A stretch of 64,000 nucleotides of DNA, from NCBI GenBank assembly GCA_963665235.2, contig CAXXLX010000001.1:1248001-1312000 (forward strand), written 5' to 3'. This DNA is from Candidatus Poribacteria bacterium. Its GTDB lineage: Bacteria > Poribacteria > WGA-4E > WGA-3G. The first letter of the stretch is position 1; each line of letters begins with the position of its first letter. Shown here piece after piece: positions 11,087-24,635 of this stretch. The notes beneath the pieces are model-generated. The model did no database searches and was not told the origin of the DNA. It saw only the letters and a program-made list of their open reading frames with translations. Made by a program: the position numbers and the translations under genes.

Positions 11087-11971
11087 GTGATTATGCAAGC
11101 ATTTGAGTACGTGGCGGCTAAAACGGTATCCGAAGCTGTCGCCCTGCTTGATGAAAAAGGGGAGCAAGCCCGAATTCTTGCAGGCGGCACCGACCTCATC
11201 GTTCAAGCAAGAGAAGGAAAACGAACCGTAGACTGGATGGTCGACATTAAATCCATACCTGAAGTCAACGTAATAGCGTACGATACCGACACCGGGTTAG
11301 TGCTTGGTGCAGCGGTCCCGTGTTATCAGATTTATGCTGTCGATGCAATTTGCGATGCGTATCCTGGGCTAATTGATGCAACCAAAATTATCGGTGGCAC
11401 AGCAATTCAGGGACGTGCAGGGGTTGGTGGAAACCTATGTAACGCTTCCCCCGCAGCGGATTGTATCCCCCCCCTAATTGTGCTCAACACAACGTGCGTT
11501 ATTGTCGGGCCGAGCGGTGAACGCGAAATACCTGTTGAACAGTTCTGTACCGCTCCTGGGCAGACGGTGTTGGAGAGAGGCGAAATGTTAGTCAGCCTCA
11601 AGATACCAGCCCCCCAGAAAAATTCAAGTTCCTACTATCTCAGATTTATCCCACGCAACGAGATGGACATTGCAGTTGTTGGCGCGGGGGCTGCTGTTGT
11701 TCTGGATGATGCTAAACAGCGGATTGTTTCTGCCCGTATTGCATTAGCAGCTGTTGCCCCGACACCGCTCTTTGCAGAAGAAGCTAGTGCACTTCTCACA
11801 GATAGAGAAATTTCCGATACCGCAATTGACGAAGCCTGTAGGGCCGCTCAAGAAATTGCGCGTCCTATCACCGATATGCGCGGCACGGCAGCTCAACGGA
11901 CACATCTCGTCGGCGTGCTAACCCAACGTGCCCTTAAAGGTGCAATTCAGCGAGTGTTGGACACAACGTAA
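11087..11971 (+). CDS. xanthine dehydrogenase/CoxM family FAD subunit
   Basis: LAGGTDL, GGNLCNASPAAD and ITDMRGTA motifs. Confidence 0.9.
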   Translation: MIMQAFEYVAAKTVSEAVALLDEKGEQARILAGGTDLIVQAREGKRTVDWMVDIKSIPEVNVIAYDTDTGLVLGAAVPCYQIYAVDAICDAYPGLIDATKIIGGTAIQGRAGVGGNLCNASPAADCIPPLIVLNTTCVIVGPSGEREIPVEQFCTAPGQTVLERGEMLVSLKIPAPQKNSSSYYLRFIPRNEMDIAVVGAGAAVVLDDAKQRIVSARIALAAVAPTPLFAEEASALLTDREISDTAIDEACRAAQEIARPITDMRGTAAQRTHLVGVLTQRALKGAIQRVLDTT

Positions 11972-12010
11972 TCGCGATAACTGCCGAAAACGCTGTCTGA
12001 CAGTCCACTT

Positions 12011-12040
12011 GTAGGTCGGGTTGAACCTAGCGAAACCCGA
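12011..12040 (+). repeat. GTAG REP-like hairpin
   Basis: gtaggtcgggtt...aacccga; similar units at 14837, ~10963 (inverted), 18308, 18377 and ~39433. Confidence 0.55.
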
Positions 12041-12074
12041 TAAATCCCTAACAACTTAAAAAGGAATACACACT

Positions 12075-12545
12075 ATGGCAAGAAAAACCCACGTTCAAAC
12101 CACAATTAATGGTGAAACGGTAGAACTTCTCTGTGAAGCCCGGCAAAGTCTATTAGAAGTGCTCCGAGACGAGCTTCATCTCACAGGTGCCAAGGAAGGA
12201 TGCAATAATGGGAACTGTGGGGCATGCAGTGTCATTCTCGATGGCCGGCTTGTCAACTCATGCCTTGTCCTCGGCGTGGAGGCGGAAGGGAAGGCTGTTG
12301 AAACGATTGAAGGGCTCGCGGAACCTGATAAACTGCACCCTATCCAAGAGGCGTTTTTAGAACATGCTGCGCTCCAGTGCGGTATTTGCACCCCTGGCTT
12401 TATCCTGAGTGCTAAGGCACTCCTAGATAGCAACCCATCCCCAACTGAACATGAGGTTCGCTATTGGTTAGCGGGCAACTTGTGCCGATGTACCGGCTAC
12501 GATAAAATTGTGAGAGCTGTCCTGGATGCCGCTACCGCTGCTTAA
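12075..12545 (+). CDS. CoxS-like [2Fe-2S] subunit
   Basis: GCNNGNCGAC, QCGICTPG and NLCRCTGY. Confidence 0.93.
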   Translation: MARKTHVQTTINGETVELLCEARQSLLEVLRDELHLTGAKEGCNNGNCGACSVILDGRLVNSCLVLGVEAEGKAVETIEGLAEPDKLHPIQEAFLEHAALQCGICTPGFILSAKALLDSNPSPTEHEVRYWLAGNLCRCTGYDKIVRAVLDAATAA

Positions 12546-12563
12546 ATGGGAGGTATATCCGTA

Positions 12564-14819
12564 ATGTCTGAAAAGAAAGAATATAAAGTCATCGGCACCC
12601 GGCCGATACGCCACGATGGTGTCGACAAAGTCACCGGGCGCGCGCTTTACGGCGCGGATTTTCAAATCACCGGGCTCCTACACGGTAGAGTGCTTCGCAG
12701 CCCGCATGCCCATGCTCGAATTGTCGCTATTGACACAAGCCGTGCGGAAGCGTTCCCCGGCGTTAAGGGAGTCGTTACCGCAAAAGACCTGCCCACAGCG
12801 GAGGATAAAATCGCCAACCTTGGGGAGGGGCCCGTCAATCTTAAACACCTCTGCGATAATATTTTAGCAAGCGACAAAGTCCTCTATAAGGGCCATGCTG
12901 TCGCCGCTGTCGCTGCAACGAACCCACATATTGCAGAAGAAGCTTGTGAGCTGATTGATGTTGAATATGAGGTGCTATCCCCCGTGCTTGAGGTCCGACA
13001 GGCAATGGAACCGGATGCACCGCTCCTCCATGAACATCTGAAAACGAGTTCTATGGGGGAAACGGCTGACGAACCGAGCAACGTTGCAAGTCATCTCCAG
13101 TACAAGAAAGGGGATGTTGACAAAGGTTTTGCCGAGGCTGACGTTGTTATTGAACAGGAGTTTGTCACAGGCACCGTTCATCAAGGTTACATTGAGCCTC
13201 ACAATGCAACTGCACTTTACAATCCTGATGGGCAGTTGACGGTGTGGTGCAGTACACAAGGCGCGTTTACTGTGCGAGAACAGCTCTCTGAAATCCTTCA
13301 ATATCCTATTTCCAAAATTAAGGTCGTCCCGATGGAAATTGGTGGTGGTTTCGGGGGCAAAATTAACGTGTACATTAAACCTGTGGCTGCGCTCCTTGCG
13401 AAGAAAACCGGAAAGCCGGTTAAGGTTTTGATGAACCGCGCCGATGTGTTTGAAGGCACCGGCCCCACCCCCGCCTCTTATATACGCGTCAAGATGGGAG
13501 CTAACCAATCCGGGAAACTGACTGCTGCTGAAGCATATCTCGCTTTTGAAGCGGGTGCGTACCCCGGTTCTCCTGTTGGCCCTGGGGCGATGTGTATCTT
13601 TGCCCCCTATAACATTGAGAACGTTCTGATTGATGGCTACGATGTTGTTGTGAATAAACCGAAAACTGCACCTTACCGTGCTCCGGGAGCAACGAATGCC
13701 GCTTTCGGTTCAGAGACTGTCCTCGACGAGATTGCTGTGCAATTAGAGATAGACCCGTTGGAAATCCGATTGCAAAATGGTGTAAAAGAGGGGGACCGGC
13801 GCGCAGATGGGCCCGTCTATCCACGCATCGGTTACATTGAAACAGTTGAAGCAGCGAAAACGCATGCACACTACGCCACCTCAAACGGTAAAAAACACCA
13901 TGGACGCGGTGTCGCCTCCGGTTTCTGGTTTAACATCGGTTTAGCATCTAGTGTAACGATTAGCGTTAATCCGGATGGCACGGTGAACCTCGTTGAAGGG
14001 TCCACGGACATCGGGGGTACCCGTGCTTCGATTGCGATGCAAGCAGCTGAAGTCTTAGGCATATCCGCGGAATCTGTCAATCCGACGGTTGTTGATACCA
14101 ATTCCATCGGTTACACGGCTGTCACTGGGGGCAGTCGGACAACTTACGCGACAGGCTATGCGGCTTATGAAGCAGCACAAGATGTCAAAAATCAGATGAT
14201 TGCTCGAGCTGCGACACTGTGGGAGGTTGACGAGGCAGATGTCCAGTTTGCAAATGGTGAATTCTCCTGCGTCAACGGCAAAGAGGAGCAGATGAGTTTT
14301 CGTGACCTTTCCGCGAGGCTTGGTGAAACCGGTGGCCCTGTTGTAGGCAGAGCTGCTGTGAATCCGACAGGCGCGGGAGGTGCATTTGCAACCCATATTG
14401 TTGATTTGGAGGTTGACGCGGACACCGGGAAGGTTACGATTCTTCGCTACACTGCGACGCAGGATGCCGGCCGCGCCATTCATCCGAGCTACGTCGAGGG
14501 ACAAATACAGGGAGGTGTTGTCCAAGGCATCGGTTGGGCACTGAATGAGGAATATATCTATAACGCTGAAGGGGAAATGGTTAACGCCAGCTTCCTCGAT
14601 TACCGAATGCCGACATGCTTAGATTTGCCGATGATTGACACTGTCATCGTTGAAGTTCCCAATCCAGGGCACCCGTTCGGTGTACGTGGAGTCGGAGAAG
14701 TTCCGATTATACCGCCTCCGGCCGCAATTGCCAATGCCATCTACGATGCAGTCGGAGTTCGGATGCTGGAGCTGCCCATGTCGCCTGACCGGCTCTTGAA
14801 GGCGATGGGGAAAATCTAA
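12564..14819 (+). CDS. xanthine dehydrogenase family molybdopterin-binding subunit
   Basis: DKVTG, GGGFGGK, YRAPG, GQIQGG and GVGE; start placed after the GGAGG RBS (ORF track start 12546). Confidence 0.92.
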   Translation: MSEKKEYKVIGTRPIRHDGVDKVTGRALYGADFQITGLLHGRVLRSPHAHARIVAIDTSRAEAFPGVKGVVTAKDLPTAEDKIANLGEGPVNLKHLCDNILASDKVLYKGHAVAAVAATNPHIAEEACELIDVEYEVLSPVLEVRQAMEPDAPLLHEHLKTSSMGETADEPSNVASHLQYKKGDVDKGFAEADVVIEQEFVTGTVHQGYIEPHNATALYNPDGQLTVWCSTQGAFTVREQLSEILQYPISKIKVVPMEIGGGFGGKINVYIKPVAALLAKKTGKPVKVLMNRADVFEGTGPTPASYIRVKMGANQSGKLTAAEAYLAFEAGAYPGSPVGPGAMCIFAPYNIENVLIDGYDVVVNKPKTAPYRAPGATNAAFGSETVLDEIAVQLEIDPLEIRLQNGVKEGDRRADGPVYPRIGYIETVEAAKTHAHYATSNGKKHHGRGVASGFWFNIGLASSVTISVNPDGTVNLVEGSTDIGGTRASIAMQAAEVLGISAESVNPTVVDTNSIGYTAVTGGSRTTYATGYAAYEAAQDVKNQMIARAATLWEVDEADVQFANGEFSCVNGKEEQMSFRDLSARLGETGGPVVGRAAVNPTGAGGAFATHIVDLEVDADTGKVTILRYTATQDAGRAIHPSYVEGQIQGGVVQGIGWALNEEYIYNAEGEMVNASFLDYRMPTCLDLPMIDTVIVEVPNPGHPFGVRGVGEVPIIPPPAAIANAIYDAVGVRMLELPMSPDRLLKAMGKI

Positions 14820-14885
14820 TATTTGAGACGGAACCCGTAGGCGGGGTTTCAAACCTTGCTTACCGATAAGGGGGCATCCACCATA

Positions 14886-15167
14886 ATGCCTATTGTAGCT
14901 ATCCCATCCCTCATGCGGAATCTAACCGCGGGCAAAGAGCATGTCACCGTCGAGGGGACCACGCTCCGGGAGGTGATTAACGATTTAGAGAGGCTTTACC
15001 CTGGCACAAAAGTGAAGTTTTGTGAAGGCGACCGCATCCGTCCAGGCATCGCTGTCTATGCAGACGGTATTCTTATCAGAAGGAGTCTAGGCGAACTTGT
15101 TGATGAGAATGCAGAAATTCATTTTCTTCCGGCTATCGGTGGTGGTATCGATGTCAATTCGGCTTAA
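14886..15167 (+). CDS. MoaD/ThiS-like sulfur carrier with C-terminal extension
   Basis: Beta-grasp pattern IPSLMRNLT..TLREVI..FLPAIGGG followed by IDVNSA. Confidence 0.8.
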   Translation: MPIVAIPSLMRNLTAGKEHVTVEGTTLREVINDLERLYPGTKVKFCEGDRIRPGIAVYADGILIRRSLGELVDENAEIHFLPAIGGGIDVNSA

Positions 15168-15558
15168 CACGCCTCCGTCAAATCCCCATGCTTTAGCTTG
15201 TGGGATGTAGACGGCTCAGGGCGTTGTTGAAAAATTTAATTTGACTTTTACCGAAAAATGTGAATTATATCAGCATCGTGGACAGCATTCTCAGACTACA
15301 CTCTCATGTAGTTGCTGTCCCTCAACCCTGAGAAGTTGCGTGATGCTGGTGCGAAATCACTGAAAACATTTCGGGATACACCGACGCTACATGTGGAGTA
15401 GAATCCCAGTCAACAGTGTGTATCCCCTCAATTCTATTCTAAAACGGGCAGGCTTAGCTGCCCTAAGTGGAGACGATGTAAGACGAGTTATCCCTCAGGG
15501 GTAACCGCTGTTGTCGAGGAAGCACAAGCCCCCACCTTTAGGTGGTGGGTACTATGAC
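15168..15558 (+). mobile_element. non-autonomous IS200/IS605 element (left-end hairpin + non-coding cargo + omega-RNA right end)
   Basis: Both ends match the TnpB element at 55437-56958; preceded by TTAA; ends in TATGAC. Confidence 0.85.
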
Positions 15559-15580
15559 AGTTAACCTTTTGGCGGAATAC
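15442..15580 (+). ncRNA. TnpB omega-RNA (reRNA) scaffold plus flank-derived guide
   Basis: About 7 differences in ~115 nt against the reverse complement of 55437-55553; guide length is assumed. Confidence 0.7.
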
Positions 15581-15765
15581 GGTATCGATGTCAATTCGGC
15601 TTAAAATCGACTTTTTGGGAAAACTTGATGTGCGCGCGGGTAGGTTTAAAATTTGTCATGAATTGCATTTGCGCGTAAAAAAAGCGAATTTTAGGAAAAA
15701 AATGTAAAAAAAGTGGTTTTTTTACCAAAATTTGTCAAATTTGTGCATTTTTTTTACATTTTAAC

Positions 15766-15794
15766 TTGACAAACGGTAATTTAGCGTGTATAAT
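15766..15794 (+). promoter_or_regulatory. rRNA operon promoter; boxA at ~15825-15836
   Basis: TTGACA - 17 nt - TATAAT, then TGTTCTTTGAAA. Confidence 0.85.
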
Positions 15795-15913
15795 TAATAT
15801 TACCTTTTGAAAGAAAGGTGAAGTTGTTCTTTGAAAGTTAAATAGTGAACGTGACGTGCCTATTAAATAGCTTGTGAGTGCACCTCATTTTTTTGAGAAT
15901 GTACTTCATTACT

Positions 15914-17471
<1,558 letters not shown>

Positions 17472-17579
17472 CACTAATAGGTATATTCTCACACAATCTG
17501 CCTATTCAGCTCTTAATCTTACAAGACACGCACAATCGCTGTTTTAACTTTCAAGGACACTCTTCCTATCACCTCACAC

Positions 17580-17653
<74 letters not shown>

Positions 17654-17807
17654 TCCTTTTTTCCCTTGTTATTCAGAAAATCCCCTCCCCAAAAAAATTA
17701 TAGTAAACTTTAGAACTAATCGGGCATAATGAAGTTTAAATAACTATTTCGGTGATTGACAGGCAATGAATGGTTTCCCTACTCCTAGCCCTCTTGTTGG
17801 TAGTAGG

Positions 17808-17963
17808 ATCTTTATAGAAGCAGAGGGACACGCCCCAAATCTTAGTCCCATCGGGACGCTATCTTTATAGAAGCAGAGGGACACGCCCCAAATCTTAGTC
17901 CCATCGGGACGATACCTTTATAGGGGTTAGTGCAAACCGACATTTATTATCAAACTCACGTTG
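17808..17963 (+). repeat. 53-bp tandem palindromic repeat with conserved tail
   Basis: ttagtcccatcgggacg.tatctttatag units; same family at 25319-25491 and inverted at ~18195-18275. Confidence 0.8.
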
Positions 17964-18600
17964 CACTATGATAAATGGAAGGGTGGAAGGGTGGAAGCGG
18001 GGCAGGGTGGATTTCGCGTGTGTTGTCAGAATGCCCGTCGCATTTGGGCGAGGATGCCGCAAAGTGCGGTGGACACAGCGGACACAGCGGACGCGGAAAA
18101 AAGAGGTTTGTTGCTAACATCTACGCATTTTTTGCTGAATCAAGGAAGGTGCGGAGGACGCGGCGGAGGCGGAAAGAAGCGGGGTTTGGGTAACATCTAT
18201 AACCCTATCGCCCCGCTGGGGCTATTTTGTGTTTTGTTTGGGTTTTCTATAAAGATACCGCCCCGCTGGGGCTAAGAGCGGACTGTTCCCCTCAAGTTAC
18301 GTTAGGAGGTCGCGTGCGAAGCAGGTTTCTACATAAGATGAATGTCGGGATTCCAGACAGGTCGAGGGGTGCCAGTCGCGTGCGAAGCACACTCCTACAT
18401 AAGACATCGGACTGTTTGTACAAAAACTTTACACACCCGTTGTTAGAAATGAAACGGAGAACGGAAGACCCAAACTGGAAGTTTATGCTACAAGAAAGAG
18501 ACATTTTCAATTAGAAATGGTATAACATAACAGAACGCCGAACCATTTTACGGAGGAAAGCGGTGCGTTTTGCAACTCACCTGATTATCCCCCGATAGCG

Positions 18601-19053
18601 TTTGTGTCAAAAAGTGTAACATTTTTACCGGAACCGCACGAAAAAGTAGGAGGCAGAACGGTAAAAATCAGGAACGACTGATACCCGAAAACCGTCAGTT
18701 GAAATGACACATTTTGTTTTTTATGTGTTGCGAAAAAGAGAGGTCAAAACCGCTTACAAACATAGATGGGGCGTGCGTTCAGGCACATTCAGAACCGTGA
18801 ACCGGATGTTACACTTTGTGTCGAAAGTGTAACATTTTCACACAAATAGCACAAAAAAGTAGGAGGCAGAACCGTCCGAAAAGTAGGCGGAACAGATACC
18901 CGAAAACCGGCAGTTGAAATGACACATTTTGTTTTTTTATGTGTTGCGAAAAAGAGAGGTCAAAACCGCTTACAAACATAGATGGGGCGTGCGTTCAAGC
19001 ACATTCAGAACCGTGAACCGGATGTTACACTTTGTGTCAAAAGTGTAACATTT
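18601..19053. repeat. ~215-bp tandem duplication (about 2.1 copies)
   Basis: Units start at 18601, 18815 and 19031; junction palindrome atgttacactt/aagtgtaacat. Confidence 0.9.
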
Positions 19054-19092
19054 ACACCGGTTTTGTACAAAAACTTTACACACCCAATTTGC

Positions 19093-19312
19093 AAAATAAA
19101 TTTGACAATGCTCATATTTTGTGGTATACTATATACTGAAATTAGGGATATAACACAGAAAATCCCATTTTTTTCAAAATAAATTTGACTTTTGTCGGAT
19201 TTTATGGTAGAATTAAGCAAAATAAATTTGACAACGCCCATATTTTGTGGTATACTATATACCGTTGAAAATAAATTTGACAATGTTCGGATTTTGTAGT
19301 ATACTATATATC
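19093..19312 (+). promoter_or_regulatory. four tandem sigma70 promoters upstream of tRNA-Ala/23S
   Basis: TTGACA/T at 19102, 19185, 19228 and 19277, each 17 nt from TATACT/TAGAAT. Confidence 0.85.
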
Positions 19313-19320
19313 ACGTGTTT

Positions 19321-19393
19321 GGGGGTGTAGCTCAGATGGGAGAGCATCTGGTTTGCAACCAGAAGGCCAGCGGTTCGATTCCGCTCATCTCCA
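19321..19393 (+). tRNA. tRNA-Ala(TGC), CCA not encoded
   Basis: G3-U70 pair, anticodon loop TTTGCAA. Confidence 0.95.
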
Positions 19394-19486
19394 TCGCCTC
19401 ATCGAATGTATATTTCGGTTAAAGAGGCAATGTTCTTTGACAACTGTATAGAGAGGGTAAATCGGTAGAATATAAAGATATCACCT

Positions 19487-22529
<3,043 letters not shown>

Positions 22530-22616
22530 ATTTATCTTTACCTACCGACACCTTCAAACCTATACAGTTGTCAAATATTCTTGGAATGGCTCAACCCCAG
22601 AGCCGTACGAAAAACT

Positions 22617-22734
22617 TTCCGGTGGTAATAGCGAAGGGGCCACACCCGTATCCATCCCGAACACGGTAGTTAAGCCCTTCAGCGCTGATGATACTTCGGG
22701 GGAGACCCCGTGGGAAAGTAGGTCGCTGCCGGGA
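22617..22734 (+). rRNA. rrf: 5S rRNA
   Basis: CACCCG..CCATCCCGAACAC, GTGGGAAAGTAGGTCGCTGCC; paired ends. Confidence 0.96.
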
Positions 22735-22888
22735 ACCCCTCCAATAAAGGGCAGACACAAAATCTGCCCTTTGGCAAAATTTGCCTTTTAGATAGATATT
22801 ATTCAATTGTCCTATAGAATTTGTCCAAAGCATTCAATTTCGGATATCTAGGAGATATGGCGAAGCATCAGGGGACCCTAAAATTTGA

Positions 22889-23216
22889 ATGAGCATAACG
22901 CTAGTAATTTACCAAGACCAATCTGGAAATGCACCTTTCGAAAAATGGCTCTCTAATATTAAAGACAAAAAGACAGAAATAATAATTCGTAGTCGCTTAA
23001 GTAAGGATTGAAGAAAGTGGGAATTTAGGCGATCATAAGTCATTAAAGGATGGCGTATTTGAATTTCGGATACATTATGGAGCAGGGTATCGAATTTACT
23101 TCGGCAAGATAGATAGTGATACTATTCTGCTATTAGGGGGCAGCGACAAACGTTCACAAAAGCAGGACATTAGAAAGGCAAAAATACATTGGAAAGAACA
23201 CAATTCAAGCAGGTAA
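22889..23216 (+). pseudogene. RelE/HigB addiction-module killer toxin, frameshifted near 23000
   Basis: APFEKWL..IRSRL in one frame and GNLGDHKSLKDGVFEFRIHYGAGYRIYF..LLGGSDKRSQ in the next. Confidence 0.85.
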
Positions 23217-23219
23217 AAA

Positions 23220-23603
23220 ATGCGTAACTATAGAAAATTTAAAAACTACCACATTGAACGACTACGAAATCCAGAAGACGCAAAGATGTACCTCTCTGTC
23301 GCGCATGAGGATTATAAAGAAAATAAAGACATAGACGCTTTCCTACTGGCGGTCAAAGATGTAGCAGAAGCACAAGGCAATATGTCTAATGAATATCGTG
23401 GTAGTAGTCTGGATGATCTTCTCAAAGAGATAGGCATCTTTGAGGAAGTGTCTGCACTCACCAAGGGGCGTTTGGAAGCTCTACAGAATGGGGAAACAGT
23501 TGAGCTAGAGGATACTTCTGAGCTGCCTGATAAGATGCTTAAACCCATTGGCGGATTTTTCCAACGACTTCGAAAAACGCTTCTACGACAAACTGCTGAT
23601 TAG
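23220..23603 (+). CDS. chimeric antitoxin (antidote N-terminus + HTH-less HigA-like module)
   Basis: YL..A..AFLLAVKDVAEAQG followed by YRGSSLDDLLKE.GIFEEV and GGFFQRLRK. Confidence 0.7.
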   Translation: MRNYRKFKNYHIERLRNPEDAKMYLSVAHEDYKENKDIDAFLLAVKDVAEAQGNMSNEYRGSSLDDLLKEIGIFEEVSALTKGRLEALQNGETVELEDTSELPDKMLKPIGGFFQRLRKTLLRQTAD

Positions 23604-23613
23604 TGAGCTCCAT

Positions 23614-23702
23614 ATACGGCAGTTAAAAGATCTTCCTAGGTCCTTCGGAGAAGACCCCGTGGGAAAGTAGGTCGCCGCCGGGAACCCTCCAATAAAGGGC
23701 AG
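23614..23702 (+). repeat. degenerate copy of the 5S rRNA 3' half and downstream flank (att-like)
   Basis: agaccccgtgggaaagtaggtcgc.gccgggaacc..ccaataaagggcag matches ~22703-22754; followed by a hairpin and T-run. Confidence 0.9.
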
Positions 23703-23804
23703 GTTAATAACCTGCTTTTTTTCATGCAATTTGCAGTTTTCTTGACTCGACACCCCAAATTATGTTACAATTTCCTTGTTTACAGACATATCGGTTACTG
23801 TGCC

Positions 23805-24143
23805 ATGAACGAACAACCTAGACTCCGTGTCGTCTTCTTTCGATCAGAAGCGGGAAATGAACCCGTGCGAGAATGGCTCCGAGGACTTGATAAAGCGGAT
23901 AAACAGAGAATTGGAGTGGACATAGAAAAAGTTAGGTTTGGTTGGCCTGTGAGCATGCCGCTTGTCCGGAAATTGGAAACCGGTTTATGGGAGATACGTA
24001 GTAATCTTCCAAAGAAACGTATAGCACGGATTTTGTTTACGCTTGAAGATAATGAAATGGTACTTCTGCACGGTTTTATCAAGAAAACCCAAAGAATACC
24101 ACGGAGAGACTTGCATCTGGCGCGAAAACGAAAAGATATATAG
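23805..24143 (+). CDS. RelE/HigB (Gp49-like) toxin
   Basis: FFRSEAGNEPVREWL, GWPVSMPLVRKL..GLWEIR and LLHGFIKKTQ. Confidence 0.9.
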   Translation: MNEQPRLRVVFFRSEAGNEPVREWLRGLDKADKQRIGVDIEKVRFGWPVSMPLVRKLETGLWEIRSNLPKKRIARILFTLEDNEMVLLHGFIKKTQRIPRRDLHLARKRKDI

Positions 24144-24160
24144 AAAACCGAGAGAGTAAT

Positions 24161-24373
24161 ATGCAAAAAAACAAATATAGTGGAAGTGACTTTGATGATT
24201 TCCTTAAAGAGGAGGGCATATATGAAGAAGTTAAGGCCCTCGCGCAAAAGGAATTAGAGGCCTTGCGTTCTGAAGAGCCCCTTGAATCGGACGATACTTA
24301 TGACCTCCCTGAAGAGCAGCCAGGCCACCTCGTCAGGTTTTTCCAATGGCTCCGACACGCTATCAACTCCTAA
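24161..24373 (+). CDS. HTH-less HigA-like antitoxin
   Basis: KYSGSDFDDFLKEEGIYEEV, acidic linker, LVRFFQWLRHAI. Confidence 0.7.
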   Translation: MQKNKYSGSDFDDFLKEEGIYEEVKALAQKELEALRSEEPLESDDTYDLPEEQPGHLVRFFQWLRHAINS

Positions 24374-24397
24374 AGAACAAAGGTAGGAGATAATAGT

Positions 24398-24604
24398 ATG
24401 AATAAGCATAGGGGACGCGACGTTGACGAGTATCTCAAAGAGCGTGGCATATTTGAGGAAGTGGAAGCACTTACACAAAAAGAGTTGGAGGCTTTACGCG
24501 CTGAAGAACCACTTAAACCAGGGGAGGCTTATGAAATTACCGAAGATTCGCCTAGCCGCCTCGTCCGTTTTTTCCAATGGATTCGGCACGCTATCAGCCT
24601 TTAA
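24398..24604 (+). CDS. HTH-less HigA-like antitoxin, tandem paralog
   Basis: AGGAG RBS; clearly similar to 24161-24373. Confidence 0.7.
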   Translation: MNKHRGRDVDEYLKERGIFEEVEALTQKELEALRAEEPLKPGEAYEITEDSPSRLVRFFQWIRHAISL

Positions 24605-24635
24605 AGATAAACCTACATCTATAAGAAGTCCACAC

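Noticed and set aside
11087-14819. aerobic CO dehydrogenase (coxMSL)
   Set aside because: Active-site loop is APYRAPG, not AYxCSFR or AYRGAGR; substrate unknown
15280-15335. HDV-like or hammerhead ribozyme in the element cargo
   Set aside because: Topology resembles HDV, but P3 is 6 bp and no G follows P1 for P1.1; CUGAGAA does not fit CUGANGA
23614-23702. second functional 5S gene
   Set aside because: The 5' half is missing and the middle is scrambled
24423-24635. N-terminal extension of the 246-aa ORF
   Set aside because: Overlaps the antitoxin in another frame; the lipoprotein signal starts at 24636
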